From Longivirga aurantiaca (lineage in GTDB: Bacteria; Actinomycetota; Actinomycetes; S36-B12; CAIYMF01), in the NCBI RefSeq assembly GCF_042660085.1, contig NZ_JBHSTI010000002.1:300001-332000 (forward strand): a DNA stretch of 32,000 nucleotides. The letters run 5' to 3'. The position numbers were made by a program, and so were the translations under genes. Under the pieces are notes generated by a model, which was not told the origin of the DNA, ran no database searches, and was given only the letters and a program-made list of their open reading frames with translations. Below, in pieces: positions 19,366-27,427 of this stretch (the first letter of the stretch is position 1; each line of letters begins with the position of its first letter).

Positions 19366-20036
19366 GCGCCGCGGTCGTCCTCCTCGTCGCCGTACCGATC
19401 CTGTTCAACGCGGCCTTCGCCGAGCTCGGACGCACGTTCTCCTACCCCGATGTCCTGCGCCGTCCCGCCGCCGAGGTGATGGAGCGCGTGCGCGCCGGTG
19501 GATCGGCGCTCGCCCTGCGGTGGTGGGCCTTCCTGCTGTCGGCGCTGCTCATGGTGCCGCTGGCGGTCCTCACCACCGACGCCGTCGGACTGCGCGGGGG
19601 ATTCGCGCAGCTCGTGACCACCGTCGGCGTGCTCGCCGCCGTCGTGCAGGTGCTCGGCCTCGTGCGCTGGGTGCAGGTCGTGCCGTGGCTCGCGGCCCGG
19701 CACGAGTCCGCGGACGACGCGGGCAAGGCCGTCCTCGAGTCCGAGCTCGCCCTGCTCAACCGTCTTCTCGGAGTCGCGGTCGGTGAGCACCTCGGCTATC
19801 TGCTGACGGGCGCCTGGACGGCGTTGCTCGGCCTCGGCCTGCTGTCGACGTCGCTCCCCGTCGCCCTCGGTGTCGCAGGCATCGCCCTCGGCGTGCTGCT
19901 CGTGCTGTGCTCGCTGGAGTTCGTCGCTCGTCCCGGCGAGCACGGATGGCGCGCAGCCGAGGCGGCTACGCCCTTCGTCTACATCGCGTGGTCGGTATGG
20001 CTCGTCGCCCTCGGGGTCCTGCTCGCCCTGGCCTGA
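19362..20036 (+). CDS. DUF4386-like integral membrane protein
   Basis: ATG overlaps the upstream stop (ATGA). FNAAFAELGRTFSYPDVLRRPAAEVMERVRAGG..LALRWWAFLLSALLMVPLAVL resembles the DUF4386 family N-terminus as I recall it. About 6 TM helices. Confidence 0.7.
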   Translation: MSAAVVLLVAVPILFNAAFAELGRTFSYPDVLRRPAAEVMERVRAGGSALALRWWAFLLSALLMVPLAVLTTDAVGLRGGFAQLVTTVGVLAAVVQVLGLVRWVQVVPWLAARHESADDAGKAVLESELALLNRLLGVAVGEHLGYLLTGAWTALLGLGLLSTSLPVALGVAGIALGVLLVLCSLEFVARPGEHGWRAAEAATPFVYIAWSVWLVALGVLLALA

Positions 20037-20094
20037 GGCGGGCGAGCCGTCGGGTGCCGCTCGACTACCCTGGTCCGGCGCCCGACGGGCGCAG

Positions 20095-20167
20095 GCCGGC
20101 GTGGCGCAACTGGCAGCGCACCGCTCTTGTAAAGCGGTGGTTAGGGGTTCGAGTCCCCTCGCCGGCT
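20095..20167 (+). tRNA. tRNA-Thr (anticodon TGT)
   Basis: Manual cloverleaf: acceptor GCCGGCG/CGCCGGC, D-arm GCGC-AACTGGCA-GCGC, anticodon arm CCGCT-CTTGTAA-AGCGG, variable TGGTT, T-arm AGGGG-TTCGAGT-CCCCT, discriminator T. 73 nt; CCA is not encoded. Confidence 0.9.
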
Positions 20168-21483
20168 CACGTGTGAAGTCCCGGGACATCGTTAACGGAT
20201 GTCCCGGGACTCTGTTTGTCTCGGGGGTGTCTTCTTCCTGACTCCGCCGCGTTGCGGGCTGCCGGGCGCTGGTCCGGGTTTGCGTCCCAGGGGCTGGTAG
20301 TCCCGGTCGGGGTCGAGGGTGAGCTCGCGCAGGATCTCAGCGCCCCGGTGATCGCGATGTTCTGCAGGACCACCCGGGCGCCCGGCGACGCGATGTCGAT
20401 CCCCTCGGTCAGGGCGCCGACCGTCGTCGACACGAAGCGGACGCCCTCGATGTACGTCGTCCCGTTCGGCGTCGCGTCCTTGAGGTAGGCACCGCGGCGT
20501 ACGCCGGACACACCGTCGCGCACGTCGACCGTCCCGCCGACGATCACGACGTTGCGGCCGCCGATGATCGTGAGGCCCATCGTGTTCACGAGCGGCCGGT
20601 CGCGCGGAAGCGTGAGGATGTAGTCGCGCGTCACATCGAGCTTGATGCTGACCGAACCTTCGGGGAACGCCATCACCTGAGGGTTGCTGAGCGCGGGGGG
20701 CGAGAAGCGCAGGGCGGCGTCCGAGACGGGTCCCGGGGTCACGGGCGGGGTGCCGGGCGCCCACGTGGTCGGCGCCGGTGACGGGGTGGGCTCGTACGAC
20801 GGCGTCTGCGACGGCGTCGGCTCAGCACTCGCCGACGGCGTCGGCTCGGGAGTGGGTGCCTCGGTCGGGAACTCGGTCGGGAACTCGGTCGGGACGGGCG
20901 TCGGGTCCGGCGTGAACTCGATCGGCACGACGGGGACGTCGACGAGCGTCTCGTCGCTGGGTGTTGTGTCGGTGGGCGCCTCCGAGCCGCTCGGGCTCGG
21001 TGTGCCGTCCGCTTCCAGCGGCGGGAACCACGGCGTGAACGCAGACGTGGCAGCGGGGTCGAACGGCTGGTCGAGCCCGTCCACCACGACCTGGCCGCTG
21101 CTGGTCGTGGTCACCTGCACCGGGTCCGCTCCGGGGCCGGAGACGTCGGACCCACCCGGGCCCATCGTCGCGTCGTCGGCCGAGGCCGTGCCGCTGGCTC
21201 GGTAGAGGCCGTCGGCACCCATGGCCTCGGTCTGCGGCGCACCCGGTACGCCGGTCAGCACGCCACCCACGGCGCGGGCCGCGTCCGACGCACCGGTTCG
21301 CACCACCGGGATCGCCATCATCGCGATCGTCAGCACCGCGATGGAGGCGAGAATCGGCGCGGTTAGGCGGATCCGCGGGCCCGACGCCGCGTGCCGGGGC
21401 CCGCCGACGCGCTCATGCGCGCCGCGGACGACGGCCGCCTCGTGACGACCGCGGGGCGCCGATCCTCGGCGTACCTCGTGCAC
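20167..21483 (-). CDS. Membrane-anchored Pro/Thr-rich protein with a truncated beta-helix-like C-terminal domain
   Basis: GTG at 21483 lies 5 nt after GGAGGAG. There is a TM anchor (LTAPILASIAVLTIAMMAIPVV), a PT-rich linker (PTEFPTEFPTEAPTPEPTP) and then LTIIGGRNVVIVGGTVDV...YIEGVRFV...VVLQNIAITGA. The last ~60 codons are frame-ambiguous (see findings). The listed 776-aa ORF extension to 22497 is antisense to the MFS gene. Confidence 0.6.
   Translation of the reverse strand: MHEVRRGSAPRGRHEAAVVRGAHERVGGPRHAASGPRIRLTAPILASIAVLTIAMMAIPVVRTGASDAARAVGGVLTGVPGAPQTEAMGADGLYRASGTASADDATMGPGGSDVSGPGADPVQVTTTSSGQVVVDGLDQPFDPAATSAFTPWFPPLEADGTPSPSGSEAPTDTTPSDETLVDVPVVPIEFTPDPTPVPTEFPTEFPTEAPTPEPTPSASAEPTPSQTPSYEPTPSPAPTTWAPGTPPVTPGPVSDAALRFSPPALSNPQVMAFPEGSVSIKLDVTRDYILTLPRDRPLVNTMGLTIIGGRNVVIVGGTVDVRDGVSGVRRGAYLKDATPNGTTYIEGVRFVSTTVGALTEGIDIASPGARVVLQNIAITGALRSCASSPSTPTGTTSPWDANPDQRPAARNAAESGRRHPRDKQSPGTSVNDVPGLHT
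20177..20211 (+). terminator. Perfect 14-bp hairpin directly after tRNA-Thr
   Basis: AGTCCCGGGACATC / GTTAACG / GATGTCCCGGGACT, followed by the T-rich CTCTGTTTGTCT. Confidence 0.6.
20861..20894. repeat. 12-bp tandem repeat (TCGGTCGGGAAC x 2.8) encoding PTEF repeats
   Basis: Direct reading of 20861-20872, 20873-20884 and a partial third copy. It is in frame within the PT-rich linker. Confidence 0.8.
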
Positions 21484-21648
21484 GAGAGCTCCTCCGGGCG
21501 GGGCTGCTGGTGGCCGCGACGTTAGGCCGAACGGGTGAACGGAAACCGAACGGAGGAAGGCGCTGGGAGGTAGTCGCGCCGAGCCCTCAGCGAGCCCCGC
21601 GGCGATTCCCGCGCTCGGCCCTGGGCCCCGTCGCGCTAGCGTCACGGG

Positions 21649-22926
21649 GTGGCCACGGACAGCAACACGGCGACGTCGAGCGTCGCCGACGTCGCCGCGA
21701 TCCAGCAACGGACCGTCCGCTCGTTGTCGGCGGCCGCCGTGGCCGGGGGCATCGCGGTCGCGGGGTCCATCCCCGCGGGCGCCCTGATCGCCGCCTCGCT
21801 TGCGGACGAGGCGGTCGCCGGTCTCGCCCAGACCACGGGTGTCATCGGGGCCGCAGCCCTGGCGCTTCCGCTGGCGCGCATCGCGTTGTCCCGCGGGCGG
21901 CGGGCCGCCCTCTCGCTCGGCTACGGCCTCGGCGCACTCGGGGCGGTCTTCGTCGTGGTCGCGGGAGCCACGCGGTCGCTCCCGCTCGTCTTCCTCGGTT
22001 CGTTCTTCGTGGGCGTCGCCTCCGCCGCCAGCCTTCAGGCGAGGTACGCCGCCACCGACCTCGCCGTGCCGTCTCATCGCGCGCGGGCGCTCGCGATCGT
22101 CGTGTGGGCGGGCACTGTCGGCGCGGTCCTCGGCCCGAACCTGCTCGAGATGTCGGGGCGGGCAGCGGTGGAGCTCGGACTTCCCCAGCTCACCGGCCCC
22201 TACCTCGTCGCAGCGCTCATGTTCGGTGCCTCCGTGGTCGTGCTGCAGCTCTTCATGCGACCGGACCCCTACCTGCTCTCGCGGTCGTTGGCAGCGGAGG
22301 CGTCCGGGGTGCAGCTGCCGAAGGCGAGCCTGCGCGACGGGCTGCAGCATCTGCGACGGCATCGTCGGGCGGTGCTCGGCGTGACCAGCGTCTCGCTGGG
22401 CCACGTGGTGATGGTCATGGTCATGGTCATGACACCGGTCCACATGGCGCACGTGGACGTGTCGTTGAACCTCATCGGGCTCGTGATCTCGGTGCACGTG
22501 CTCGGGATGTACGCCTTCTCGCCCGCCGTCGGCTGGCTCGTCGACCGGTACGGCAGGGTGCCGATGATCCTGGTGGGAGCCGCCATCCTGCTCGTCTCCT
22601 GCGTGGTGTGCGGGCTCGCACCGTCCGACGCCGTGCCCGTTCTCGCGGTCGGCCTGTTCCTCCTCGGGCTCGGCTGGTCGTTCACCCTCATCGCCGGGTC
22701 GACCCTCGTGAGCGACGACGTCGAGGAGAACGAGCGCCCGTCGGTGCAGGGCCTGTCCGACCTCTGCATGAACCTCGCTGCGGCCGTGGGCGGGGCGATC
22801 GCCGGCTTCATCGTCGCGGGGTCGTCGTACGCCGTGCTCTGCGCCGTCGCAGTCGTGCCCGTCCTCCTCCTCGTCGCGATGGCCGCGAGCCCGGCCATGC
22901 GCCGACCCGCGGCGCCGGTGTCGTGA
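21649..22926 (+). CDS. MFS transporter
   Basis: 425 aa, about 12 TM helices, with an MFS loop 2-3 like motif (LSRGRRAALSLGY) and the usual two-half symmetry. Confidence 0.88.
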   Translation: MATDSNTATSSVADVAAIQQRTVRSLSAAAVAGGIAVAGSIPAGALIAASLADEAVAGLAQTTGVIGAAALALPLARIALSRGRRAALSLGYGLGALGAVFVVVAGATRSLPLVFLGSFFVGVASAASLQARYAATDLAVPSHRARALAIVVWAGTVGAVLGPNLLEMSGRAAVELGLPQLTGPYLVAALMFGASVVVLQLFMRPDPYLLSRSLAAEASGVQLPKASLRDGLQHLRRHRRAVLGVTSVSLGHVVMVMVMVMTPVHMAHVDVSLNLIGLVISVHVLGMYAFSPAVGWLVDRYGRVPMILVGAAILLVSCVVCGLAPSDAVPVLAVGLFLLGLGWSFTLIAGSTLVSDDVEENERPSVQGLSDLCMNLAAAVGGAIAGFIVAGSSYAVLCAVAVVPVLLLVAMAASPAMRRPAAPVS

Positions 22927-23897
22927 CCGCGATCCCGTTACGCGTGCCGCAGGCAGCCAGCGCCGTGCGGCCGACCTGGGACGGCCTGCCGGCCGAGGTG
23001 CGCCACGCCATCGAGGAGTGCGCGGGATCGTCTGTGCGCCAAGCGGTTTCGCAGGGCGGCGGATTCACCAGCGGGTTTGCGAGCCGCCTCGAGCTGGAGG
23101 ACGGACGACGCCTGTTCGTGAAGGCAGCGACGTCCGAGCAGCACGTCTTCGCCCGACCGTCGTACGAGCGGGAGTCGGCGGTGGTGCGGGGGCTTCCGGC
23201 TGCCGTTCCTGCACCGCGGGTGCTCTGGACGCGTGATCTCGGCGCATGGTTCGTGGCTGCCTTCGAGGACGTCGAAGGCCGGCATCCCCTGCGGCCGTGG
23301 GACCCGTCGGAGCTGTCGGCGGTGGTCGACCTGTGCGTGCTGCTCGCCGACGAGCTCACGCCCGTGCCTGAGGCGCTGCCTGCGCCCCACCCGCTGACGG
23401 AATGGGACGACGACTTCTCGTTCTGGCGTCGCCGCTCCTCCGGCGACCAGGCGGCGCTGGCCGTGCCGCTCGCGGAGGGGTGGGCGCCGCTGGTCGGCGA
23501 CCTCGCGGCCGCCGAGGCGTCGTGGACCGTGCGGTGCGCGGGGACGACGGGCCTGCACTTCGACCTGCGCGACGACAACCTCCTCGTGCGGCCGGACGGC
23601 TCGGTGGTCGTGTGCGACTGGAACCACCTCACCCTCGGGGCCGCCTGGCTCGACCTCGCGGCGCTGCTCGTGTCGGTGCACGGGGACGGCCTCGACGCCG
23701 ACACGCTGTGGGCGGCGAGCCCGCTCACCGACGGCGTCGACGAGGACGCGCTGGTCGCGTTCCTTGCTGCTGTCGCGGGCTTCTTCGTGGACGTCGCGGC
23801 GCAGGAGGAGGTGCCGGGATCGCCGTACCTGCGCGAGCACCAGGCCTGGTGGCGCGATGCGTCCCTCTCCTGGCTGGACTCCCGGCTCCAGGGCTGA
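22923..23897 (+). CDS. Phosphotransferase enzyme family protein (APH/choline-kinase fold)
   Basis: GTG overlaps the MFS stop (GTGA). Contains a Brenner-type catalytic motif GLHFDLRDDNLLV and the downstream VVCDWNH metal-binding motif typical of aminoglycoside/small-molecule kinases. Confidence 0.85.
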   Translation: MTAIPLRVPQAASAVRPTWDGLPAEVRHAIEECAGSSVRQAVSQGGGFTSGFASRLELEDGRRLFVKAATSEQHVFARPSYERESAVVRGLPAAVPAPRVLWTRDLGAWFVAAFEDVEGRHPLRPWDPSELSAVVDLCVLLADELTPVPEALPAPHPLTEWDDDFSFWRRRSSGDQAALAVPLAEGWAPLVGDLAAAEASWTVRCAGTTGLHFDLRDDNLLVRPDGSVVVCDWNHLTLGAAWLDLAALLVSVHGDGLDADTLWAASPLTDGVDEDALVAFLAAVAGFFVDVAAQEEVPGSPYLREHQAWWRDASLSWLDSRLQG

Positions 23898-23945
23898 GCG
23901 CCCGCCCCGACGGGACCGTTCACGGATCCACCTCCGCCCGTTCAC

Positions 23946-23963
23946 CCGGAGGTCGGCCTCCGG
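23946..23963 (+). terminator. Short hairpin after the kinase gene
   Basis: CCGGAGG-TCGG-CCTCCGG, a 7-bp stem 49 nt after the stop. An alternative pairing exists with ACCTCCG at 23930-23936. Confidence 0.35.
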
Positions 23964-24038
23964 CATGCCCGGCTCGGCAGGCTGCGGTCGCCGCCGGAGC
24001 TCCGTCGGCTTCTCGACGTGCGCAAAGGGGGCGATCGC

Positions 24039-24398
24039 GTGTCCGCTCCCCGGTTCCGGCTCGTCCCGGGCGGCCGCCTGGTGCACGAGCCAGGCAGGGG
24101 AGGCGTCGGCTGGCGCCTCCTCGGGGCCAACAACCGGGAGCTCGGCCGGTCCGCCCTCGCCTACGCGGACGCCGAGGCGGCCCTCGCGGCGATCGGGGAC
24201 GTCCGGGTCCTCGCAGCGGGCGGCGGGGCGCACATCGTGCACAACCCGACCACCGGCCGGTGGGCGTGGCACCTCATCACGGCCTATGACCTGGTGGTCG
24301 CGACGTCCGGGCGAGGGTTCCGGCACGAGCGCGAGTGCCGCTACAACCTCGAGCAGTTCCGTGCCCATGCGCCCTCGGCGACAGTCGTGGATGCATGA
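24039..24398 (+). CDS. Hypothetical protein with two YegP/DUF1508-like repeats
   Basis: GTG lies 7 nt after AAGGGGG. Two ~50-aa repeats, FRLV...WRLLGANNRELGRSALAYADAEAA and WAWHL...VATSGRGFRHERECRYNLEQF, resemble the YegP pattern (F-R-L-x-A-x-N-G-E-x-I-x-x-S-E-x-Y-x-S). The family call is tentative. Confidence 0.55.
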   Translation: MSAPRFRLVPGGRLVHEPGRGGVGWRLLGANNRELGRSALAYADAEAALAAIGDVRVLAAGGGAHIVHNPTTGRWAWHLITAYDLVVATSGRGFRHERECRYNLEQFRAHAPSATVVDA

Positions 24399-24419
24399 CG
24401 TGCTCGGCCCCGCCGTTCG

Positions 24420-25304
24420 CTACAGGGCGCGCGAACCCGAGTCGCCGACGGTTCCGTCGGTGCGGACGAAGAACCAGGACCAGCCGGTGGAGCGCAGGCG
24501 GAGGTCGAGCACGCCGTACGTGCCGGAGATGCGCTTCACCGTGAATGGCCCGTAGCCCGTCGCGAAGCTGCGCAGCGACGCGCCGCCGGTGCCGACGACG
24601 AACGCCTGCACGCTGTGAGTGCTCGTGACAGGCACGCTCATGCGCTCGTAGTCGTGGTCGTGCCCCCAGAGGACGATCCTCACGTCGCGGTCGCGCGCAG
24701 CAGTGGCCCACATCGTCTGGGTGTCCGTGGCGTTGCGGTGCTCGCCCGTCGAGTAGCGCGGCCTGTGCCAGACCACGATCGTGGGGCGCCCGTTGTTGGC
24801 GGCGAGCGCCGACTTCAGGTACGCGATCTGCGTGCTGCTGCCGGCCTTCTCGCTGTCGAGGCCGATGACGGTCCAGGCGCCGATGCGGTGCGTCCACCAC
24901 GTGACGCCGGTGATGCCGAAGTAGGCCTTGTAGCCGGAGGCCCCCGAGGTCATGTACTCGTGATTGCCAGGCACCGGCCAGGTGATGGCCTTGAACTTCC
25001 CGTACGACGGGTTGTAGTAGTTCGCGAAATTCGACTTCGACCCGGCGTTGTACGCCAGGTCGCCGAGGGCGATCAGGCGCTGCGGCTGACGCTTGGTGAC
25101 GATGGCGGCGGTGCGCGCCTGCGCCCCGCCGGCGCTGGCGATGTCGCCGACCGCGACGATCCGGGTGCCGAGGGCGGACGTCGCCGCAGGGACGACAGCG
25201 CCGGGTGTGGCGGGAGCCGCTGACGCGACGCCCCCGGCAGTGGCGAGCAGAGCCAGGGCGGCGAGCGCGGCAGCGGTGCGCAGACGGAGCAGGGCGGTGG
25301 TCAC
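24420..25304 (-). CDS. Secreted metallophosphoesterase (purple acid phosphatase-like)
   Basis: Signal peptide (LAALALLATAGGVASA), then the motif series VGDIA / GDLAY / GNHEY / VVWHRPRY / GHDHDYER. GTG at 25304 lies 5 nt after GAGGAG; an alternative ATG is at 25331. Confidence 0.85.
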   Translation of the reverse strand: MTTALLRLRTAAALAALALLATAGGVASAAPATPGAVVPAATSALGTRIVAVGDIASAGGAQARTAAIVTKRQPQRLIALGDLAYNAGSKSNFANYYNPSYGKFKAITWPVPGNHEYMTSGASGYKAYFGITGVTWWTHRIGAWTVIGLDSEKAGSSTQIAYLKSALAANNGRPTIVVWHRPRYSTGEHRNATDTQTMWATAARDRDVRIVLWGHDHDYERMSVPVTSTHSVQAFVVGTGGASLRSFATGYGPFTVKRISGTYGVLDLRLRSTGWSWFFVRTDGTVGDSGSRAL

Positions 25305-25399
25305 GACGACTCCTCGGGTCGGACCGATCATTGCCCCGCAGGACCGCGCCTGTCCTCTGCCGGTCCGCATGACGGACTCGACGGGGCTGCGCGTTGTGG

Positions 25400-25543
25400 T
25401 CAGCGGCCGACCGTCTGGGCGACCGGCGTCCGCTGCTGTACCGGCGCGGGTCCTGCGTCGGCGGGATGGGCGAGGGCAGCGACGAGCCCCAGCGCGAGCA
25501 GCGGCGGTACGACGATCCGGACGGTGTCCCTCGTGATCCTCAT
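25400..25543 (-). CDS. Hypothetical small secreted peptide (47 aa)
   Basis: ATG lies 7 nt after AAGGAG. Sequence is MRITRDTVRIVVPPLLALGLVAALAHPADA|GPAPVQQRTPVAQTVGR, a Sec-type signal with an AxA site. G/C third-position bias is present. It sits between the EamA and phosphatase genes on the same strand. Confidence 0.5.
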   Translation of the reverse strand: MRITRDTVRIVVPPLLALGLVAALAHPADAGPAPVQQRTPVAQTVGR

Positions 25544-25587
25544 GACGCATCTCCTTGACGTGGCGTCATGGCGGTGATCGGCGCGGG

Positions 25588-26541
25588 CTAGCCGTGGTCT
25601 CGAATCCCGTCCCCCGTACGGCGTAGAGGTACGCGGGCGAGGCCCTGCACCAGCGCGACGCCCGACAGCACGATCAGCGCTCCGACCGGCTGGTTCCACG
25701 TGAGCGCCTCGCCCAGGAGGAGCACGCCGGCGGCCGTGGACACCACGGGCATGGCGTAGGTCACCGAGGCGGCCACCACGCCGCCCGTGTCGGCGATCAG
25801 CCGGAAGTTCAGCAGGAACGCCCACCCGGTGCCGAGCACGCCGAGGAACACCATCGACCAGGCCGCCACCGGCGTGACGTCGGACGGTGCCGAGCTGAAC
25901 AGCAGGGTCAGCACGCCGAGCTGCAGCGACGACATCAGCAGCTGGCCCGACATCAGCGACACGGCGGGTTCTGCGCGATGGACGAGACGCCGTCGCGTGT
26001 AGGGCATCCCGATGCCGTAGCAGGCGGTCGCCGCGATGCACGCGAGGCTGCCGAGCGGGTCGCCCCCGTTGCCGAGGTCCCAGAAGCCGAGCACGACGAG
26101 GGCGCCGAGGAAGCCGATCGCCAGGCCGACGAGCTTCTCGCGCGTGGCCTTCTCCCACGGCGTGATGAGCAGCCCGAACGCCAGCACGAAGAGCGGCGTC
26201 GCCGCGTTCCAGATGCCGGCCAGCACGGATGACACGCGCGTCTCGGCCCACGCGAACAACAGGTACGGAAGCGTGTTCAGCAGGAGGGCGACGACGGCGA
26301 GGTCTATCCACACCACCCGTCCGCGCGGCAGCCGCGTTCGGGTGGCCGCCGCGACGAGCAGGAGCGTGAGCGCGCCGAGGAAGCAACGCCCGAAGGCGAC
26401 CTGCACCGGCTCGAACGACTCGAGCGCGAGCTTGATGAAGTAGAAGACGAAGCCCCACACGACCGTGAGACCGACCCACGCGCCCAGCCACTCGCGCGGC
26501 GGGGGCGTGTGCCGCTCGGCGGAGGGATGCGTGGTGGCCAC
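25588..26541 (-). CDS. EamA/DMT family transporter
   Basis: 10 TM helices in two EamA halves (WGFVFYFIKLALESF...; ...VTYAMPVVSTAAGVLLLGEALT). GTG 26541 was chosen because the longer listed ORF is antisense to the K+ channel gene. Confidence 0.85.
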   Translation of the reverse strand: MATTHPSAERHTPPPREWLGAWVGLTVVWGFVFYFIKLALESFEPVQVAFGRCFLGALTLLLVAAATRTRLPRGRVVWIDLAVVALLLNTLPYLLFAWAETRVSSVLAGIWNAATPLFVLAFGLLITPWEKATREKLVGLAIGFLGALVVLGFWDLGNGGDPLGSLACIAATACYGIGMPYTRRRLVHRAEPAVSLMSGQLLMSSLQLGVLTLLFSSAPSDVTPVAAWSMVFLGVLGTGWAFLLNFRLIADTGGVVAASVTYAMPVVSTAAGVLLLGEALTWNQPVGALIVLSGVALVQGLARVPLRRTGDGIRDHG

Positions 26542-26637
26542 CGGCACAGGCTGCCGTACGGCGGATCGCTCTGCCGGACCGGGCGCTCGTGCTCGTGTCG
26601 CACCGGGGCCAGGGCCCCGCGGCGAGAGGATGGCCGC

Positions 26638-27384
26638 GTGACCGAGACACCCCTCGCCCATCGGCGTCACACCTACGAGGACCGGTCCTCGATCGTCCTG
26701 TTCGCCGCCGCCGTGCTGTTCCTCGCCGGGCTCCTCGAGTTGATCGCAGGCGCGGGCGACACCGCGACCGGCAGCTTCCTCATCGCGATCTCGTGGGTCG
26801 TGTTCGCGCTCGACCTCGTCATCCGCATCGCGCTCGACGACGACAGGCGGGCCTTCCTCCGCAGGCACTGGTTCGAGGTGGTCGCCGTCGCGATCCCCTT
26901 CTTCCGGATCGGCATGATCGCGTACGTGTTCGTCCGGCTGGCCTTCCACCGGGGACGGCTCATCCAGCGCGTACAGGTCTACGCCGCGTACCTGACCGTG
27001 CTCATCGTCATCTTCGGCGCGGTGCTCGTGCTGGCGGCCGAACGCGACTACCCGGACTCGAACATCCACTCGTACGGCGACGCGATCTGGTGGGCTCTGG
27101 TCACGGTCACCACCGTCGGCTACGGCGACTACGTGCCGGTGAGCCCGACCGGGCGGGTCATCGCCACGCTCATGCTCGTCAACGGCGTGGTGCTCATCTC
27201 GGTCGTCACCGCCATCATCGCCGCGCGCTTCGTGCAGGACCCCGACCAGGGCGAGAACGCGGTCACTCTCGACGTGCTCGACGAGCGGCTCGCCCGCATC
27301 GAGGTCGCCCTCGCGCGCCTGCAGTCCGCTGGTGGCACCGACCCGGACGACCCGCCGGGCCAGGCCGAGGGCCATCCCTCCTGA
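26638..27384 (+). CDS. Potassium channel protein (ion transport family, TVGYGD filter)
   Basis: Selectivity filter TVTTVGYGD, a preceding pore helix (YGDAIWWALVT), an S4-like Arg-rich helix (FFRIGMIAYVFVRLAFHRGRLIQR) and a C-terminal coiled-coil-like tail. GTG lies 7 nt after GAGAGGA. Confidence 0.88.
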   Translation: MTETPLAHRRHTYEDRSSIVLFAAAVLFLAGLLELIAGAGDTATGSFLIAISWVVFALDLVIRIALDDDRRAFLRRHWFEVVAVAIPFFRIGMIAYVFVRLAFHRGRLIQRVQVYAAYLTVLIVIFGAVLVLAAERDYPDSNIHSYGDAIWWALVTVTTVGYGDYVPVSPTGRVIATLMLVNGVVLISVVTAIIAARFVQDPDQGENAVTLDVLDERLARIEVALARLQSAGGTDPDDPPGQAEGHPS

Positions 27385-27415
27385 CGAGCCCGGCCCGGAC
27401 CACCGGTCGGCCTCG

Positions 27416-27421
27416 TAGGGT
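27416..27421 (+). promoter_or_regulatory. Candidate -10 (TAGGGT) giving a leaderless cupin mRNA
   Basis: A TANNNT hexamer lies 6 nt upstream of ATG 27428, and no SD is present. Confidence 0.3.
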
Positions 27422-27427
27422 CGGGGC

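Noticed and set aside
20140-20167. Direct repeat of the tRNA-Thr 3' end elsewhere in the window (an att site of an integrated element)
   Set aside because: Visual scanning for TTCGAGTCCCCTCGCCGGC or sub-strings found none. This could not be searched exhaustively by eye, so it stays an open check rather than a claim.
20167-22497. 776-aa minus-strand ORF listed as a single reading frame
   Set aside because: Its upstream 1 kb is antisense to a convincing 12-TM MFS gene (21649-22926) and translates to Arg/Asp/His-rich nonsense. A GTG with a GGAGGAG SD at 21483, followed by a TM anchor, marks the real start.
25556-25568. Palindrome TGACG-TGG-CGTCA just upstream of the small-peptide SD
   Set aside because: It has only 5-bp arms in a 44-nt gap and I could see no second copy. 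That is insufficient to call an operator.
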